A stretch of 64,000 bases of DNA from Coniocarpon cinnabarinum (GCA_051942205.1 JAVECO010000118.1:1-64000), one strand, 5' to 3'. Shown: positions 1-12,529, counted from the stretch's first letter. Numbers and translations: made by a program. The notes: generated by a model not told the origin, from the sequence alone.

Positions 1-88
1 GTGGTTTGAGAAGAGGGGTTTTGGAGAGGATCGATGGGTGAGGGGAGGTGGTTTTAGAAAGGGGATTTTGGAGGGGAGGATGGGAGGC
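1..88. repeat. Degenerate ~47-bp purine/G-rich tandem repeat, truncated by the window edge
   Basis: GTGGTTTGAGAAGAGGGGTTTTGGAGAGG (from 1) recurs as GTGGTTTTAGAAAGGGGATTTTGGAGGGG (from 48). Confidence 0.55.
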
Positions 89-1046
89 TTTTTTCTGCAC
101 AGCTTTCTCTGTGTCTTGATGAATCTCAATGTTTCTTACGAACGCAATAGCGCATATTTTGCTTTTGAATTGAGTCCCACTGCCCCTGATTTCAAAACCT
201 GAATGAGTAGACAAAAGCCTACAAGTCGCCCTACGCAGTACCAATTGCAAGAACAACTCCACTCGTCTCTGCTCCTTGCTTTACCACAATGCGAGCATAC
301 TATTCTTCACTAGGTCACATAAGAGCAATTTATACTTGCTAGTAGTGCTTGCTCACTACAGCATCATAGTACGCAGTCTCATGGTACGCAGTCTCATGAT
401 AGTCTTTATTAATCGAACACTTTCATGTTACTAGCTTATGTCTTGTGATGTTTCCATCCGGACAATATGGTTTAGCAGCGCTGTGGCTCCAGCTTGTGTG
501 ATTGCGAGTGACGCGTGATTTATCGCTTGTGATTTGGGTGGAGGATTGGGATATTGGAGGCAAAGACTCAAGTTCCAATAACTGGCTGTAGTGACAAACA
601 CTGTCTGATGTGATGAACAGCAGGCGGGCGGATCGAAACGGTCGTCTCTTCGGTATGATTAGAGATACGTATGCCGTACTCAGCGTTATTGTAAGTAACA
701 CTGGAACGCATGCCGCGGCATTATCGCTCATCGTGTTCTTTTCACTCCTCAGCGACAGTCGAGACCACTGTCCAGTCCCTTAGACAGTGAAGAATCATGA
801 GCAGTTCTTTGCGAGCAGTCTTTTGCGAGCGGCAACCATGGTGGTTAATGGTTCTTTCTGTTATGCATAGCTTTGCTTGATGGTTGGACTATAATCAGGA
901 TGACCTCCGTCGCTTGTACGAATGGCTCCGTGGTTTGTGAGCAGTTGCATCTGTCACTGAGATGGCGCGACCAGCTTTTTGCCATCATAGTACATGCGTT
1001 ACTAGGCTATCCGTATATTTCGATAGCGCACTCCCCTTTATATATC

Positions 1047-1520
1047 CGGTGTGGTCAGTGGTCAGTGGGTGGTTTGGGTTCGGGTGTGGTTCGAGCGTGG
1101 TTTGGTGGCGTGCGCTATCACTGCCAATAAGAAAGCAACCAAATTACAACTGTGAAATCACTGGTCACTGGTTTATTCGTAGCTGTGGCTAGGGGGGAGG
1201 AAGTAAGCTGGATAAGGGGGCTGATAGTTGTAGTACTAGAGCTCTGTACAACATGTACTCTCTTGTAGATAGTTGTGCTTTTTGTATAGCAGTAGTAGGA
1301 GAAGGAGGAGGCTACAAGTAGACACAAATTTACCTCAGAAACTGATTATCCTACCAATATGTAATGCGTATGACAGCCTTCCACTACTGCAACTACAACC
1401 AAACCGACTACAGGAGTCAGATATCTTACCAAACCACAACGAAGAAGGACAGAAACCTAACCACTAAGAGAATGGTTAACCATAGCCAATCGTTAAATAA
1501 CGGAATCACTGACCACACTG
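1047..1520. mobile_element. Non-autonomous hAT-like element (MITE), RIP-degenerate
   Basis: 16-bp TIR: left CGGTGTGGTCAGTGGT versus reverse complement of right end CAGTGTGGTCAGTGAT. The flanking 8-mers TATATATC and CATACATT differ only by C/T transitions. Subterminal GTGGTT/AACCAC motifs and a TpA-rich interior. Confidence 0.65.
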
Positions 1521-1622
1521 CATACATTAAACGACGTAAGACGCCTGCAGTCCTGCTGCCCTTGTTACTAGACAGGTGGTTTTCAATTCTGAAAATAAGA
1601 TTCCGATCCGGATGCGTCTTAG

Positions 1623-2631
1623 CTAGAGTCTGCTGCTCCCAAACCTGAACAACGTGCTCCGGAGTATCTGCACCGCCTCCTCAAAGTGCCCATTGATCAG
1701 GTGGGCTCTGGCTGGCTCGAGTTGAGTGGCAAGCCAATTAGGATGCTTATGAGCTAGTATCTGCTCGTGGATGGTGACGACCTGCTCGAGTAGCCGCATC
1801 GCCTCTTTGGTCTGCCCGTTGGACATGTAGGCTCTGGCTGGCGCATGTTGAGAGGCGAGCCGGTGAGGATGCGCCTGAGCTAGGGCGTGCTCCTGAACCT
1901 TGACAGCGTGGTCAAGCAGATGCACCGCCTCCTCGATCTGCCCATTAGACTCGTAGGTTCTAGCGAGCGCGTGCTGAGACGCAGGTCGATGGGGATGTGT
2001 CTCTGCTAGTGTCTGCTTTCCGAGCTTGACAACAGGCTTGAGTAGCTGAGTCACCTCATTGAGTCGACCCTGCTCTCGATGCGTTAACGCAAGATTGTTC
2101 TGGCTAATCAGCGCGTCAGGATGCTCTTCTCCGAGTGTCTGCGCCCTTGCCTTGAGCATCTGCTCCTGTGACCTTGCCGCCTCGTGAAGTCGACCTTGCT
2201 GATAATATGTTGATGCGAGATTGCCTTGGCTTGCAAGCGAATCAGGGTACTCCGTCCCAAATGACCGTATGCGGTTTTCTAGCACTTCTCTTTGCAGTCT
2301 CTCTGCAATCCTCCATCGACCTTGGTTCTAATAAAGATTAGCTACGCTCCTCAGAGTGTCTGGATGATTGGATCCGAGGCTCGCTGTCCTTTTCTCTAAA
2401 CCTTCTATCTCTAATTCTCCGCTTCCTTCCCATCGGCCTTCGATTTGGTAAGTGTGAGCTAGGTTGGCCATACGGGTGAGGTTGTCGGAGTGGCTTGGTT
2501 GTAGCTTTGCCTGAATCCCCTCTGGCGCGTCCGTCCCTTGCTTTTCTTTCTCTCCCAGACCTTGCTTCCCATCTTTCCGGCTCAGGTAATCTTCTCCCAA
2601 GGACAGCTCTTCGATCGTTTGTACTCTTGCT
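1623..2631 (-). pseudogene. Decayed TPR array (kinesin-light-chain-like repeats), probable former C-terminus of the adjacent caspase-like gene
   Basis: Repeats such as HPDTLRSVANL, YPDSLASQGNLASTYYQQGRL and HPDALISQNNLA. In-frame TAG at 2328-2330 (Y*NQGRW), a frame change at about 2630-2660 and another at about 1660. L->P changes at repeat consensus sites (SQHAPARAY). Confidence 0.8.
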
Positions 2632-3863
2632 TCATCTTCCCCTTTCGGCGAGAGTTGAAGAGAATGACTCTACTTGTGGATTCGACCATGGATGTAGCAT
2701 GTTTGCTGAGTTGATGAAGCCGATAAAAGTGTATGAGGGATTCTCAGGGAGTCTATCCCAGACAAAGATTGGCATTGACACTAACGCAAGAGCTGGATGA
2801 CCATCAAACAGCGCTTCGAGCTTGGTCAATTCACGTAGACGCAATCTTTCGAGCGCATGGACTGATTCAACATCGTCTGATGCAACATCAAAACACCAAT
2901 TTTGCCAAGAAAGCATACTTGGCGCACTCGTCACATCTTGAAGACGCACTGCTAGCAGGGCTAAAGTTTCGGTCATTCCCTTGTCAACCTTGAGGCAGTT
3001 GTCTACAATCAATCAGATGTAATCATTCACAACCGAGTAAGGCTCAAAAGCTTACCGAGAGTGCTTAGTTGCGGTTGTGGGGTTATTTCTGCTGAAGGAA
3101 GTGCGACCTCCCCCATATTCGTGTACCAGGGCTCTTTGAGAAGCGTAGGACTTCCAGGCTTGCCGACATGTCTCATAAGTCGAGCGTGTAACATAGCGAT
3201 ATTGATCAGGGACGAAGTACTCAACGTCTTAAGTTCTTCGATGAGATGCCGGGTGAATGAATTGTCGTCGACGCAGGTTGTAGGTAGTCCTGAATTGCAT
3301 GCCCAGAGGCCTTCTTTCGAACCAGCGCTTGTTGTCGCACTGGGAGCGTAGCAACGGTCAAGGATGAAAACAACATCAGATTTGGCGCGTTCGAGGACAC
3401 CCTGCAAATCTGACCATACCAACTTCTCGGGACCATTGGCCCTTGCGTGCCAGACACTTCTGCCCGCATTCTGCTTGCCGGGCTCCAATGAGCCGTGACC
3501 TCCGTAGTAGAGCACGAGAAGATTGTCCCCAGTATCATAAGTTGTTCGGAAAGACAGGAGTCGTTGCTCCAGCTCAGTTGTGGAATCGATGGAAGGAATC
3601 AAATATGTTTCAGTTCTGTAATGATAAGCATCTCGAAAAAGTTGTTCCAAGTCATTGATCTCTGTTTCTGTATCGAGGTCATCATACTCCCATCGTATAA
3701 GAAGTACAACAACACCGCTGTATTTTCGAGATACTCGAGGAAGAATCGATTTTGCGGCTTTGTTGAGATCTTGGAAAAATCTCTCAAAATTCTCCAGGTG
3801 GTTCTGTGTATTTGTACCTGATGCAACAGGTTTTGAGACCACAGGAACCGGCTGATGCTGCAT
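2632..3863 (-). CDS. Caspase-like (peptidase C14 / clan CD) domain protein, 2 exons (3863-3056, 3002-2632), about 392 aa
   Basis: Motifs VLLIRWE, LLVLYYGGHG (His codon 3497-3495) and VVFILDRCY (Cys codon 3353-3351). The 53-nt intron GTAAGC...CTGAT...TAG (3055-3003) joins the two ORF-track frames in phase. Confidence 0.75.
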
Positions 3864-4610
3864 GTTGAATTGACTCTGACTATGATCAGGATGCTCGTCG
3901 CGGGGTATTATGTAATGAACGCAATAGAGAGCCTCAAACGAGGTGGTTGTAAAAGGCCAGTGAAGAGCAAGTGTTAAGGCGATGATAGGATGATGAGCTG
4001 TGCGTAATCTCGAAGAACTACAGGTATTTGTAAGCGATGATGTGCCGCAGGCTCAGCTCGTACTTGAGTTATCAGTGTCGGCGAAGGACTGTTCAGCGTA
4101 TGATGCGATCCAAGACCATGGGAAGATGGTGAGTTGAGTGGATGAGGTTAGGCAAGACTACTTTCTTATGCTATGCAGCTTCGCTAGCGCAAAGCAAACA
4201 AGATGCAGACGTTTACGCAGCAGGGTCTTGTGATCTACTCTTCCAATGTTGATGGAGTGGCGGAGCAGGTTGCACGCAAACTGTCCGTTCGTCCATCACA
4301 CCAATCTACGGGCGCTTGACGAAGTCTTCGTATAGTATGCAATGCGACAAAACACGCGCATAGTCGTTCATAGAAGCAGGCTTGAGGTCCTCGTAGATTG
4401 GCCATCGGGATATGGTAGTTTCAAGAAGTGGTCTACCAGCTGAGATCGTGTGAGCCCAGTCTGAGTCTATGACAAAGGGCTCAAACGTAGACACGTGGTT
4501 GCACTGTCACAGTGGGGGATGTCCTTATCTTGAGACCGTGTGTTTGTCCTCACGCAAGAATGCGGATCAGTCGTTTTCTGAAGGTTCAAACAGAGTCAAG
4601 CAATGTTGTA

Positions 4611-5118
4611 CAGCGCTTTTCATAAAGACTGACAATGGTTGGTCCGTGCACTGCTGCACATACACACATCTCCTGAGGTCAACGTCGTCGCCAACGTCGC
4701 CGCCGACGTCGCCGCTAGAGCTGCTACTAACGTTATTCTTTGTAAATCTAATATAGATAAGCTATGCAAGTCTATTACTACTTCTTCTACCTTCTTCTAC
4801 GCTCTTGCGGTTATAATACGAGCTACAGGTATAGAAAGGAACTTAGGCAGGGTAGATCTAGGCAGGGTAGATATAGATAGAGTAAGCTAAAGTAACATTC
4901 TTCTTATAGCATAGATATTAGAAACTATTACTACAAGAGCATTTAGAAAGCCAGAAGAAGTAGTAATAGACTCGTATAGCTTATCTATATTAGATTCATA
5001 AAGAATAACGTTAGCGGCAGCTCTAGCGGCGACGTTGGCGACGACGTTAACCTCAGGAGATGTGTGTGTGTGTAGCAGTGCACGGACCAACCAATGTCAG
5101 TCTTTATGAAAAGCGCTG
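4611..5118. mobile_element. Tc1/mariner-type MITE with long TIRs and TA target duplication
   Basis: TA|CAGCGCTTTTCATAAAGACTGACA...TGTCAGTCTTTATGAAAAGCGCTG|TA. Arms match over about 180 bp with a 12-bp indel, mismatches are mostly transitions, the core is TpA-rich, and no transposase is present. Confidence 0.9.
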
Positions 5119-5549
5119 TAACGTGAGCGACGAGGTTTGTAATTCGGGTTTGTGGTGACCAGACACACCCTGCCCAGATGTTGACACGTGATCATCATTG
5201 CACATGTTGCATGTCAGTTCCAATCGCCATCCATTCTCCGTGGCCCCTTCGTCACTATTAACACATCATCCGCTGCAGCAGTCTTGCGGACCAATCTACC
5301 ATCGCATTAAAACGTACTTACATTGATCTCTATCCTGCGCTCAAGAACACATTCTTAAAAACACGACCTCCGTCCAGAGCCGTATCAAGGCGGGGCGTGG
5401 CACGCGGGTCTTTTTCCGGTCTGCGCGCTGTCTCTCTGCTTGCGCACTTGCATAAATCGCCATTGAGTGGTGATCGTATGATCGTGTGATATCCATTGAC
5501 TTCGCCTCCGCGCATCACTCGACTGATGCGCTAAAGACATCTCTCCAAG

Positions 5550-8500
5550 ATGTCTGACGGTAAGAATCCCATTGCGTTCCCATCAAGTGCAAGAACTGAC
5601 GCCATCACAGCCGAATTCAAAGAGGTTCAGCGCCTCCAGCAAGAGCGCAATGCTCTAGCTGCGGGGAAGAAAGGTTCCAAGACCTTCGACCCTGCGAATC
5701 AACGCACTGACTCAAGCAAGGCCTCCCTGACTGAAAGCTTCGACAAATCATTGTACAGCAATGGCGACAAGTTTGCCGGATACAACACATCGATCTCGGC
5801 GGCGGATGGGGACAACGAGGACGAGGACATGGATGGTGATGGCACCAACCGATTGACCGGACAGTACACTGCTACTGCAGCTCAGGTCAATGAATTTGCG
5901 CGGGGCGGACCGACGGAGGAGATGGATATCATGGACTCGAAAGAGAAGCAAGCTCAGATTTCGAATCGAATGTCTGATTACCAGCGAAGACAATTCAACA
6001 GGAAGCTTTCACCTACACGCGCAGATGCATTTGCCAAGGATGGCGATGCCAATGCCGATGGGGATGGACAGACCTACAAACAAGTCATGGCTGAACGTGA
6101 GATTGAGCGAGAAGAAGAGCGCGTGCAGAGAATCCTCAAAGATCGCCAAGCAAAGGGTGAGGACGGCGTGGAGGAGCATCGAGCGACACTAAAGGATAAG
6201 ACGCCGCCGCCTGAAGAGAAACCTGCAGATGCACCGCGCAAGAGGAAGAAGCGATGGGACACAGACGTAGAGGCGACACCAGCCCCGGAGTCTGTCAACG
6301 GCGACGCGGCATCGGTGACCTCGAAACGCTCAAGATGGGACGAGCCTGCTTCACAGACTCCAGCACCAGTCAGCGATTCCAGATCCTCGAGATGGGACCG
6401 CATGGCAGGAAGCGGTGCTCCTGCTGCTGCTGCTGCTCCAGCTTCCACTGCAACACCCACACCGGCGCCGGCGCCTAGCTTCATTGGCTTCGGAACGGAC
6501 ATTTCATCGCGCAACGCGCCTCTGTCTGATCAGGACCTCGATCGCCTACTTCCAACAGAAGGTTACAAGATTTTGGAGCCACCTCCAGGTTACGAGTACA
6601 CCCGCATCCCTAGACCGCAAGGACCTATGCCACCAACTCTTTTCGATCAGCAACCGGTCGACGCCGCCGCGATTGCTCGCGCTGCGCCTGAAGGTGTACC
6701 AGGTGTTGGCGAGCTCCAGTTCTTCAAAGAATCGGATCAGGCCTACTTTGGTAAGCTTGCCGATGGTTCTGACGAAAACGAAATGACTGTGGAAGAGCTC
6801 AAGGAGCGGAAAATCATGCGCTTGCTGCTCAAGGTCAAGAATGGCACACCTCCGCAACGCAAGACAGCTCTTCGACAAATCACTGACAACGCTCGTCAAT
6901 TTGGTGCTGGGCCGCTTTTTGATCAAATTTTGCCCTTGCTCATGGAAAAGACGCTGGAGGACCAGGAGCGCCATCTGCTGGTTAAAGTCATTGACCGTAC
7001 GCTCTACAAGTTGGACGACCTTGTCCGTCCATACGTGCACAAAATCCTAGTTGTGATTGAGCCGCTTTTGATTGACCAGGATTACTTCGCGCGTGTGGAG
7101 GGTCGTGAGATCATTTCCAATTTGTCAAAGGCTGCAGGCCTTCCGTCTATGATCAGCACAATGCGACCAGATATCGATCACGTCGACGAGTACGTGCGAA
7201 ATACGACCGCGCGTGCATTCGCTGTCGTGGCCTCAGCCCTGGGTATCCCTGCGCTTCTCCCTTTCCTTCGAGCCGTGTGTAGAAGCAAGAAATCCTGGCA
7301 GGCTAGGCACACTGGTGTCAAGATTATCCAACAGATTGCAATCCTCATGGGCTGCGCCGTGTTGCCCCATCTCAATGGCTTGGTGGACTGCATTGGCGAC
7401 AATCTGAACGACGAGCAGACCAAGGTCCGCACCGTCACTTCTCTTGCCATCGCCGCGCTGGCAGAAGCCAGTTCTCCATATGGCATTGAGAGTTTTGACC
7501 CTATCCTTAACCCCCTGTGGACCGGCGCTCGCAAACAAAGAGGCAAAGGTCTTGCCGGCTACTTGAAGGCCGTGGGTTATCTAATCCCTCTCATGGACGA
7601 AGAGTACGCTAGTTACTACACCACGCAAATCATGCAGATCTTGCTGCGCGAGTTCTCGTCTGCGGACGAGGAGATGAAGAAGGTCGTGTTGAAGGTTGTC
7701 TCGCAGTGCGCTAACACCCAGGGTGTCACGTCCGCTTATCTCAAAGAAACGGTGCTAGACGAGTTCTTCAAAGCCTTCTGGGTGCGCCGCATGGCTCTCG
7801 ATCGCCGCAACTATCGGCAAGTCGTCGACACGACCGTTGACCTCGGACAGAAGGTCGGATGCGGTGAGATCGTAGAGCGAATCGTGGGCAACATGAAGGA
7901 CGAGCAAGAGGCTTACCGTAAGATGACACTAGAGACTATCGAAAAGCTGATTGCCTCCCTCGGCGCTGCCGACATTCAGGAACGTCTCGAGGAACGTCTC
8001 ATCGATGGTGTGCTGTACGCATTCCAGGAGCAGAGCGTCGAAGACATCGTCATGCTCAACGGCTTTGGCACTATTGTCAATGCGCTCGATACACGCTGCA
8101 AGGGCTACCTCCCGCAAATCGTCAGCACCATCCTCTTCCGCCTCAACAACAAATCCGCGACCGTCCGTCAACAGGCCGCTGACCTCATTTCGCGCATTTC
8201 GCTGGTGATGTCCCATTGCGGCGAAGAACAGCTCATGGGCAAGCTCGGCGTCGTCCTGTACGAATACCTCGGCGAAGAGTACCCAGAAGTACTGGGATCC
8301 ATTCTCGGCGCTCTCCGCAGTATCGTGACAGTAGTCGGTGTCGCGTCTATGCAACCGCCCATTAAAGACCTGCTGCCTCGACTCACGCCGATTCTGCGTA
8401 ACCGCCACGAGAAAGTCCAAGAGAATACAATCGATCTTGTTGGTCGAATTGCCGATCGTGGCGCCGAATCTGTGAATGCCCGTGAATGGATGCGCATCTG

Positions 8501-9227
8501 CTTCGAACTGCTTGACATGCTCAAAGCGCACAAGAAAGGCATTCGCCGCGCGGCTAACAATACCTTTGGTTTCATCGCCAAGGCGATTGGACCTCAAGAC
8601 GTCCTCGCTACACTCCTCAACAATCTGAGAGTTCAGGAGCGACAGTCCCGCGTTTGCACGGCTGTCGCCATCGGCATCGTGGCCGAGACCTGTGCGCCGT
8701 TTACAGTCCTTCCAGCGCTCATGAACGAATACCGCGTCCCCGAGTTGAACGTCCAAAATGGCGTTCTGAAAGCTCTGAGCTTTCTTTTTGAATATATTGG
8801 TGAGATGGCGAAAGATTACGTCTTCGCTATTACGCCTCTCATCGAAGACGCACTCATCGACCGGGACCAAGTCCATCGCCAAACTGCCGCAAGTGTTGTT
8901 CAACACATAGCGCTCGGCTGCATGGGTCTTGGCGTCGAAGACGCTTTAGTGCATTTGTTGAACCTCCTCTGGCCCAACATCTATGAGACCAGTCCGCATG
9001 TCATTGATCGCATTATCCTGGCTGTGGATTCGATCCGGACGGCGGTAGGACCGGGGATCGTTATGAATTATTTCTTACCGATGCTGTTTCATCCCGCGCG
9101 GAAAGTGAGGGAGCCCGGGTGGAGGGTGTACAATAATTGCTACGTCCAGATGGGGGATCAGATGGTGCCGCATTTCCCAGATTTGGGGGAGGTTGGGGTA
9201 CGAGAAGAGTTGATGGTGATGATCTAG
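5550..9227 (+). CDS. SF3B1: U2 snRNP splicing factor 3B subunit 1 (Hsh155/Prp10); intron 5560-5610
   Basis: RWD ULM repeats and HEAT region ([48 protein letters not shown]). Intron GTAAGA...CTGAC...CAG gives the N-terminus MSDAEF. Confidence 0.98.
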   Translation: MSDGKNPIAFPSSARTDAITAEFKEVQRLQQERNALAAGKKGSKTFDPANQRTDSSKASLTESFDKSLYSNGDKFAGYNTSISAADGDNEDEDMDGDGTNRLTGQYTATAAQVNEFARGGPTEEMDIMDSKEKQAQISNRMSDYQRRQFNRKLSPTRADAFAKDGDANADGDGQTYKQVMAEREIEREEERVQRILKDRQAKGEDGVEEHRATLKDKTPPPEEKPADAPRKRKKRWDTDVEATPAPESVNGDAASVTSKRSRWDEPASQTPAPVSDSRSSRWDRMAGSGAPAAAAAPASTATPTPAPAPSFIGFGTDISSRNAPLSDQDLDRLLPTEGYKILEPPPGYEYTRIPRPQGPMPPTLFDQQPVDAAAIARAAPEGVPGVGELQFFKESDQAYFGKLADGSDENEMTVEELKERKIMRLLLKVKNGTPPQRKTALRQITDNARQFGAGPLFDQILPLLMEKTLEDQERHLLVKVIDRTLYKLDDLVRPYVHKILVVIEPLLIDQDYFARVEGREIISNLSKAAGLPSMISTMRPDIDHVDEYVRNTTARAFAVVASALGIPALLPFLRAVCRSKKSWQARHTGVKIIQQIAILMGCAVLPHLNGLVDCIGDNLNDEQTKVRTVTSLAIAALAEASSPYGIESFDPILNPLWTGARKQRGKGLAGYLKAVGYLIPLMDEEYASYYTTQIMQILLREFSSADEEMKKVVLKVVSQCANTQGVTSAYLKETVLDEFFKAFWVRRMALDRRNYRQVVDTTVDLGQKVGCGEIVERIVGNMKDEQEAYRKMTLETIEKLIASLGAADIQERLEERLIDGVLYAFQEQSVEDIVMLNGFGTIVNALDTRCKGYLPQIVSTILFRLNNKSATVRQQAADLISRISLVMSHCGEEQLMGKLGVVLYEYLGEEYPEVLGSILGALRSIVTVVGVASMQPPIKDLLPRLTPILRNRHEKVQENTIDLVGRIADRGAESVNAREWMRICFELLDMLKAHKKGIRRAANNTFGFIAKAIGPQDVLATLLNNLRVQERQSRVCTAVAIGIVAETCAPFTVLPALMNEYRVPELNVQNGVLKALSFLFEYIGEMAKDYVFAITPLIEDALIDRDQVHRQTAASVVQHIALGCMGLGVEDALVHLLNLLWPNIYETSPHVIDRIILAVDSIRTAVGPGIVMNYFLPMLFHPARKVREPGWRVYNNCYVQMGDQMVPHFPDLGEVGVREELMVMI

Positions 9228-10573
9228 GTGTAGAGTTCGTGGCATGAGATGAGGACGGCGTCTGCGGCACCGAGAACGGGGCAAGGAGTCGTGTGACGTG
9301 AAGTCTGTGAAGGAGCTGAAGGGACGATGTGTAGTGGGCTAGGAGAGACGTGGAGTGACGAGAACGGAGCGAATGAAGTGGAGACGGGAACGTTCAGCCA
9401 TTGACTGTGGCTGTTTGCTCAAGGACGCATCCAGCGTCGTCAGAAACGTGTCTGAACCCCCAGAATTACCAAAGCTGTTGTCTACTTTGCCCTATGTTTA
9501 AGAGTGTATTTCTGTTGTTGTGTATCTGCATATTCATTTGTTTTTATGTGATTCCCTTGAATGCTCGTTGTCAACATCGTTCAGCATGTCCGCCCTTATT
9601 TGTATATCAATCTCAATATACAACAAACTTAACCCAAGTCAAGCCGTAGCTATTTCGCGAACACTCGAGATAAGAGGCCTGCGTCGGATTCATCCTTGGC
9701 GTTATCCCTACATCATCCTTCTATAATAACAAGTCCAAGATCAGGATCTAAGAGCGGAATCTGAAAGTCGTTAAGACTAACTGTGCCGTTCCTTCCTCAC
9801 CTCCTCCTTTGTTCTGTATTCGTGAACGCTTTTCTGAACTGACTGAGTAGCCGCACCGAATGAAACAAGTCGGATACTGATTGCGTACACATTCATCAGC
9901 AGACTGATTTCGCATGTTCAATCAAATAACTCCCATTGAAGTTTCCCAAAGATATCTTGTCTTCTTAAGGGAAACGACCTGCTTGACGATGAGGCAAACT
10001 TTATCTTACTCCTCTGCTTCGCGTGGGGATGAGCTGTCGAGATGAATCCATCGCGCTTATCCTGACGCTCGGGGACGCACGTTCGATGGAGCGGTTGTGC
10101 GTTTTCGACGATGGCAGATCAACGTCGACTAGAGGTATTGAATGAGAGCTATAGGCGCTCCACGCATTGTGATGAGTCGTTGGGTATCTGGTGGATGTTC
10201 GAGGTGGTGATGTAAGTCAAGAGGTGTGCGCTACTTTTTCGAACCACGCCATGATTCTGCAACTTGATGCCATTTCACAGTATCTCTTGTGCAGCTTGGG
10301 TATAGAAATTGAGCTTGATGAGTGTCAATGTGTAGCCGTGTGTTCCTTGAGGTGATTTGGCGGCTGTTGATATATATTTGGTGAGGCGAGGGAGAATGTT
10401 TGAATTCTCCATTAAGGTTGTGCATCGCTCAATCATAATGTGATAGTCGAATGGTTGGATTGCCGCTTTATTGAAACTTCCCAGCATTGTTGCTGTTCCA
10501 ATGAATCAACATCCGTTGCGACTTTCTGGCGCACAGCCTCGTAACGCATCCGATACAGTTATCATTGGGACTG

Positions 10574-12168
10574 TCACCCTATCCCACCAACACCCTTCAA
10601 TGTCAAGTACACATCCGTACCCCACCCCCACAGACTCTGCACCGCGATGCCTCCTCCAAAATATTCCGCGTACGCCCTCCCAAGCGGTAATCCGTATCCG
10701 AGCCCTGCGAGTGAACTGCCGCCCCCGCCACTCGCCGAAATGACATTAAGTGCATCGGTACCCATACTTGTACTGGAAGTCGTACTGGAACTCGAAGTCG
10801 AGCTCGAGCTCGATCGCGCCGTGGATGCTTCCCGCTCATTGAACGTCGTAAACCCATAATTCCACAAATTGGCATAATTCTCAGGTGCAATACCACCGCC
10901 ACGATCACGGATGCGGATCGTAACACCCGGCGTCGCCGCCTGTAGCAGCGCAATAGTATCGTTGGACGGGCTCTGAGTGTCTGGCAATGGCTCGTGCGGC
11001 TGTTCTTGGAGGGGAGGAGTCGGCGGATCGATGGCAGAGTTGGGGGGACTAGGGGCGATGGTGACTTCGATGGGGTCGCGCTCGGTGCCTTGTTCGATTG
11101 TGGCGCGGAAGGAGTTCTTGAGCAGCTCGGTGAGGATGTACTCGAGGTGGACGGGGACGTGGGCGATGCGGGTGGTGGGGTCCCCGGTGATGTTGATGGT
11201 TGGACGGACGCCTGCCAATTCGATGTTAATTTAGTTCGTTGGTAATGAGGAACATTTCGAAAGGAGAATGTAAGCAAAGCGTCACGTCTGGAAGAGCTCA
11301 CAAGGATCATCGGAAAACACTTGAAGGAAAACAGAGGTGGAAATTGCGAAAGGAGTTGACTCACCGTAGTTCAGCTCGCAGATCTCAGACACGAAAGACT
11401 CGCATTGCGACATCACAGCCGCCGGTCGAAGAGAGGTATCGATAATACCCACGTAAGAAGAGTCCTGGTTGTTTTGCAAGGAGCTAGAATCTTGTGCTGA
11501 CATTGCGGAAAGTGGCTGTGACTCATGATGCAGAGCAATGTGCTGCTCAGCAATCAATCTGGTCCCAATGCGAGCCCTCAAGTGCTCCTCCAGGAACTCA
11601 GTGACTGTCCCTGCATTGATGTAGCGGCGCGACTCCAGAAACCCTCGCGCTAAGATGGGAATGGTATTCGAGTGAGTCTGCACAAGGCCAGCAAGCGCTT
11701 CTGTGAAGGCGGCCTCATCCTCGGCAGATGAAATCTCCCTGTCAGCGAATGGCAAGAGTGTTGCAAGACTGTGAGCATAATTATTGTGTATTTGTGCTAT
11801 ATGAGGGTTAGTCACTACAATGTAAGGCAGCGACCTCAACGCTCGAAGGCGATGCGCCAGACGAGGCGGCAGTATCCTCAGCGTGAAATTTGCAGATCTG
11901 TACAGAGCTGATGCAGAAAGAGGTGGGCGACCGTAGCTGCTTTCACATCAGATGAGGAGGTCAAGCTTGAGACATGTTTTCACGCATACCGAACGAGATC
12001 AGCGAGAGTCAGGGGATGCAGTGGTTTCGCAGCCAGTCTCGAGATGGAGGCATCTGATACTGCATCTGACGGTTTCGTTGCATATCTTCTGACTACCGAT
12101 GTGTACAACTTTTGCCTTTGTACGACTGTGCCTTGATGGAGTATCATGCGAGACAGTCGTACAGACAT
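10574..12168 (-). CDS. Mitochondrial PDK/BCKDK-family protein kinase, 3 exons
   Basis: ARIGTRLIAEQHIAL, EYILTELLKNSFRAT, IRIRDRGGGI and LAGLGYGLPLGRAYAEYFGG (GHKL ATPase). Introns near 11940-11990 and 11215-11365. Confidence 0.93.
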
Positions 12169-12289
12169 TTTGAGGCCTGAGTTTCTCACAAGCACTTGGT
12201 TACAGTGGAACCATCTGTGGTATGCTTGGCAGTAGAGCGACTACCCTCGCATAATGTGGACAGACAATCATCATCATCCTGGGACTCCA

Positions 12290-12331
12290 GCTACTGGGCT
12301 TTTGCTACTGGACTTTTGCTACTGGGCTTTT
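12290..12331. repeat. 3 x 14-bp tandem repeat in a divergent promoter
   Basis: GCTACTGG(G/A)CTTTT three times. Confidence 0.85.
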
Positions 12332-12529
12332 GTGTTACAGTATACAAATGTCTATGAAATCTCCCAAGTCTTCATGTAAGAGGTCAGGGGTGCAAGATGG
12401 GGCCAGGTATTGATGTTGATTAAAATAATTATGGCACTCACCCTCCCTTTTTCTCGATCGCTGCATCATATTTCTGCAGCTTATCTAGCAAATGTTTTCC
12501 AACAATTAAAAAAAAAACTTGTCGTTGCA

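Noticed and set aside
1069..1100. GGTTCGAG resembling a tRNA T-loop
   Set aside because: There is no cloverleaf; it is part of the subterminal repeats of the hAT-like element.
4639..5090. Two near-identical ORFs on opposite strands (MVRALLH...)
   Set aside because: An artefact of translating the MITE's inverted arms.
8520..8580. SF3B1 has Asn at the position matching human V1078 in the pladienolide pocket (IRRAANNTF), suggesting self-resistance
   Set aside because: As I recall, Asn here is the ordinary fungal state (yeast Hsh155 has it), and no biosynthetic cluster is nearby.
7929..8906. 325-aa antisense ORF inside SF3B1, and similar antisense ORFs in other genes
   Set aside because: These are shadow ORFs expected from codon bias on the coding strand and have no recognisable motifs.
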